NCBI GenBank assembly: GCA_052426225.1
Contig: JBNJNM010000011.1
Location: 1-64,000 of the forward strand
Origin: Zancudomyces culisetae HAW-14-8
Taxonomy: Eukaryota; Fungi; Kickxellomycota
DNA length: 64,000 nt
Direction: 5' to 3'
Below are positions 61,607 through 64,000 of the stretch, piece by piece. The first letter of the stretch is position 1. Every line of letters starts with the position of its first letter. The notes beneath the pieces are model-generated. The model saw only the letters and a program-made list of their open reading frames with translations, made no database searches and was not told the DNA's origin. The position numbers were made by a program, and so were the translations under genes.

Positions 61607-63283
61607 TTCTATTCTGTAGTATAATACTTTTCTAGTTTTCAGAGTTACTTTATTTTATTATCGTGTCCAAGTTTTAAATATATATAAATTCCATAACTAA
61701 ACTTTTATGTAAAACTTGTGGTACTCTTTATGAGTTTATTTTTTTCTCCCCCTTTCTTCAACTCACCCACACCCCTAAGTTTCAAACTAGAACACACCAA
61801 ACTACATCGTTTTTTCCATCTATTCCGATTTTCAACCGCTGAACCAGTCATCTTGAGTGTCCAATACCTTCCCACTTCTTTTTTTATTTACCAACCAACA
61901 ACCCCAAGTAATTCAAATTACATTTGAAAGGTCATGTTAAAAAAACATTTTCATGATTGACCTTAGGTAATGGTCTTGTTTTCCGCAATGCTAATCAACA
62001 ACACAGCTTTTTCTTTGCCTACAAGCTTTGAAACCTCTTAACCACACATTTGGATTTAAAATTGGATATATAATCCAGATCTTTATGCGAACACCACTAC
62101 TCTTAACAAACAAAGTAAAAATCTACATGTATCATGTTTTTCTTTACTTGGTTACCTTGGTATGTTTGGTCGTATTAATTTCTTTATAGAATTGTTAAAC
62201 GATTTTTTATTTGATCTTTGTCTGCTTGCGGATAAGGTTTGGATCGACAATTCTAGAATTTTCTTTCGTTTATACATGGACATTTCTTTGACTTGAATAA
62301 AGTAAATCAAAACTAACGGAATCTTTCACACAATAAGTTTAGGCAAATTAACCATGTAGGAAAAGATTTTATTTGGCCAAGTATCCAGGCAGAGTTTGTG
62401 TCACGAAAATCGTCAACAACCTTAATCCTTCAAAAATCCACAAATGTCAATTTCCCTCTCTCATTACACTGTTATTCCGCTATTGCGAATCGCTACAAAC
62501 ACAAATACATATAATCAATACGCAATATTTAAAGTTTACCAAAAGTTTGTTAATTTTAGCCAAAAATAATAATAATAAACTGGCTAGTTAGTGTTTCGTT
62601 TACAAGTTCTGATTTCAAAAGTACCACCAAGTCAACGCTTCTTTGTATTAGTACTACTCCTCTCCCATGCGTGTAAAAAGACACGAGTTAATTGAAATTT
62701 TTATCCGTATCACTACCATTAAGATATTACTACATCTTTATGAACTAAGTATAGCTTTATATTTAAAAAAATTTTTTGGTAGATTGATAGACCCATTTTT
62801 TATATGACATCTTGGCTTTTTAAATATATATACGTATTACCCAGGAACATGGTTAAAATTAAAATATTAGTGAATATGCCTTTTTTGATAAGCATCAAGC
62901 TCAAGGATTCATACACTTGGTTGGGATAGGGGTGAATCCACCACCCTTTTTTTACAACTTCTCTTTTTTTTTAATACGATATTTTAAATAACTTTTAACC
63001 TGTATGAGCCCACTACATATCTTTACTTCAACATTATTTATTAACTATATCATCCCCCATTAAAAGTACTATTAAGTATATTCGGTACTATGCATTTAGA
63101 AAATACATACAAGTGTCTATATTGGTGTATCATACTTTATACATACCAACGGGTTTTTTCTCTTGATAGTATAAAAATATGTGTATTCTATAGAGTGATA
63201 TACCTTCATCATTGCATTAATAGTCGAATGGAATGCATGTAAAGTTGACATCTATATTTTTGCACGCCATTGTGGTTGTTAAG

Positions 63284-63700
63284 CTATACTTTCTTACGCT
63301 CAAGTTCTTTACCAACTTCTTCATCTAGTTCCTTTTTATCAAGATATCCTACAAATCTCTTGAAATTACTTTCACTGCCGTTGTGGTAAACTACAATGGT
63401 TGGATAGCCCACAGTCACAAACCGCGAACATATTGCCGCCTCTTCATCGCAATTTACTGTTGCAAACATAATCCTTTTTGCAGTTGAACTCAGTCTATTG
63501 GCAAGATCGTTAAACGACTTTTCCATCATTTGACACCCTCCACACCAGGGGGTTCTGTACTCGACAACAGCACCGCCTGTTGCCCATTTTATTCTTTCAC
63601 TAAAATTGGCCTTCGTGAGTTGTTCAACATTGCTTGGCTTCCCGCCTAATGTCGTGTATACAGATGTAGTTACTATAATTATCTTTGCAAAAAGTCTCAT
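63284..63700 (-). CDS. Single-domain secretory thioredoxin/PDI-like protein (WCGGC)
   Basis: Signal-like N-terminus, EYRTPWCGGC, ATVNCD, GYPTI. Confidence 0.88.
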   Translation of the reverse strand: MRLFAKIIIVTTSVYTTLGGKPSNVEQLTKANFSERIKWATGGAVVEYRTPWCGGCQMMEKSFNDLANRLSSTAKRIMFATVNCDEEAAICSRFVTVGYPTIVVYHNGSESNFKRFVGYLDKKELDEEVGKELERKKV

Positions 63701-64000
63701 TGTTGTGGATGTTGTAGTTGTGCTGATTTAAACAGTGGACTTATTCACTAACATTTATACAAATTAATTTGTCTTGGAAATGTGCTTTAATAAACACCTA
63801 TTCCAGAACTGGATACATATTCGAGATGTATGTTAAGTTTAATATTTTAATATAAAATTGTGATTTACTCATCCTCACTTCACTCCCCACCCTTCCTCTC
63901 ACCCCTATTCTCGTTTAGAGCATTGGTGCAGAGCTCCAATATTGTCAAATGAGAAATAGTTTTTTTTAGGGGGCTAGTGCTTTTTCAATTTTGAATAACA

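Overview
Left end of an AT-rich fungal chromosome. The fungal call rests on the TTAGGG-type telomere, short GT-AG introns and RAD7/TYR1/ARO2/TAD2/choline kinase genes; an early-diverging lineage such as Zoopagomycota is only a guess. (1) 1-1687: telomere with proximal variant repeats. (2) 1687-20 kb: nested transposons. A decayed Penelope-like retroelement with no visible endonuclease is fused to the telomere in the orientation expected for chromosome-end priming. It is interrupted by an old chromovirus (A), which holds a solo LTR and an intact young chromovirus (B) with Tf1-type self-priming and a -1 frameshift pseudoknot. A Tc1 relic follows. (3) 20-52 kb: an accessory zone rich in secreted orphan proteins: four paralogous Cys-rich beta/gamma-crystallin-like proteins, a Kex2-site precursor with a 34-aa Tyr/Gly tail, a His/Arg-(GAV)n-His/Arg triblock protein and a dumbbell Ser/Thr mucin. 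It also holds an atypical P450, pseudogenes and TE relics. (4) 52.8-64 kb: compact housekeeping genes, including TYR1 and ARO2, and a secreted thioredoxin. Top hypotheses: a secreted Tyr/His-crosslinked adhesive or wall-material locus, a subtelomeric crystallin-fold effector family, a telomere-targeting Penelope-like element, and an unusual A<->T-dominated decay of repeats. All alignments and counts were done by eye; no searches were run.
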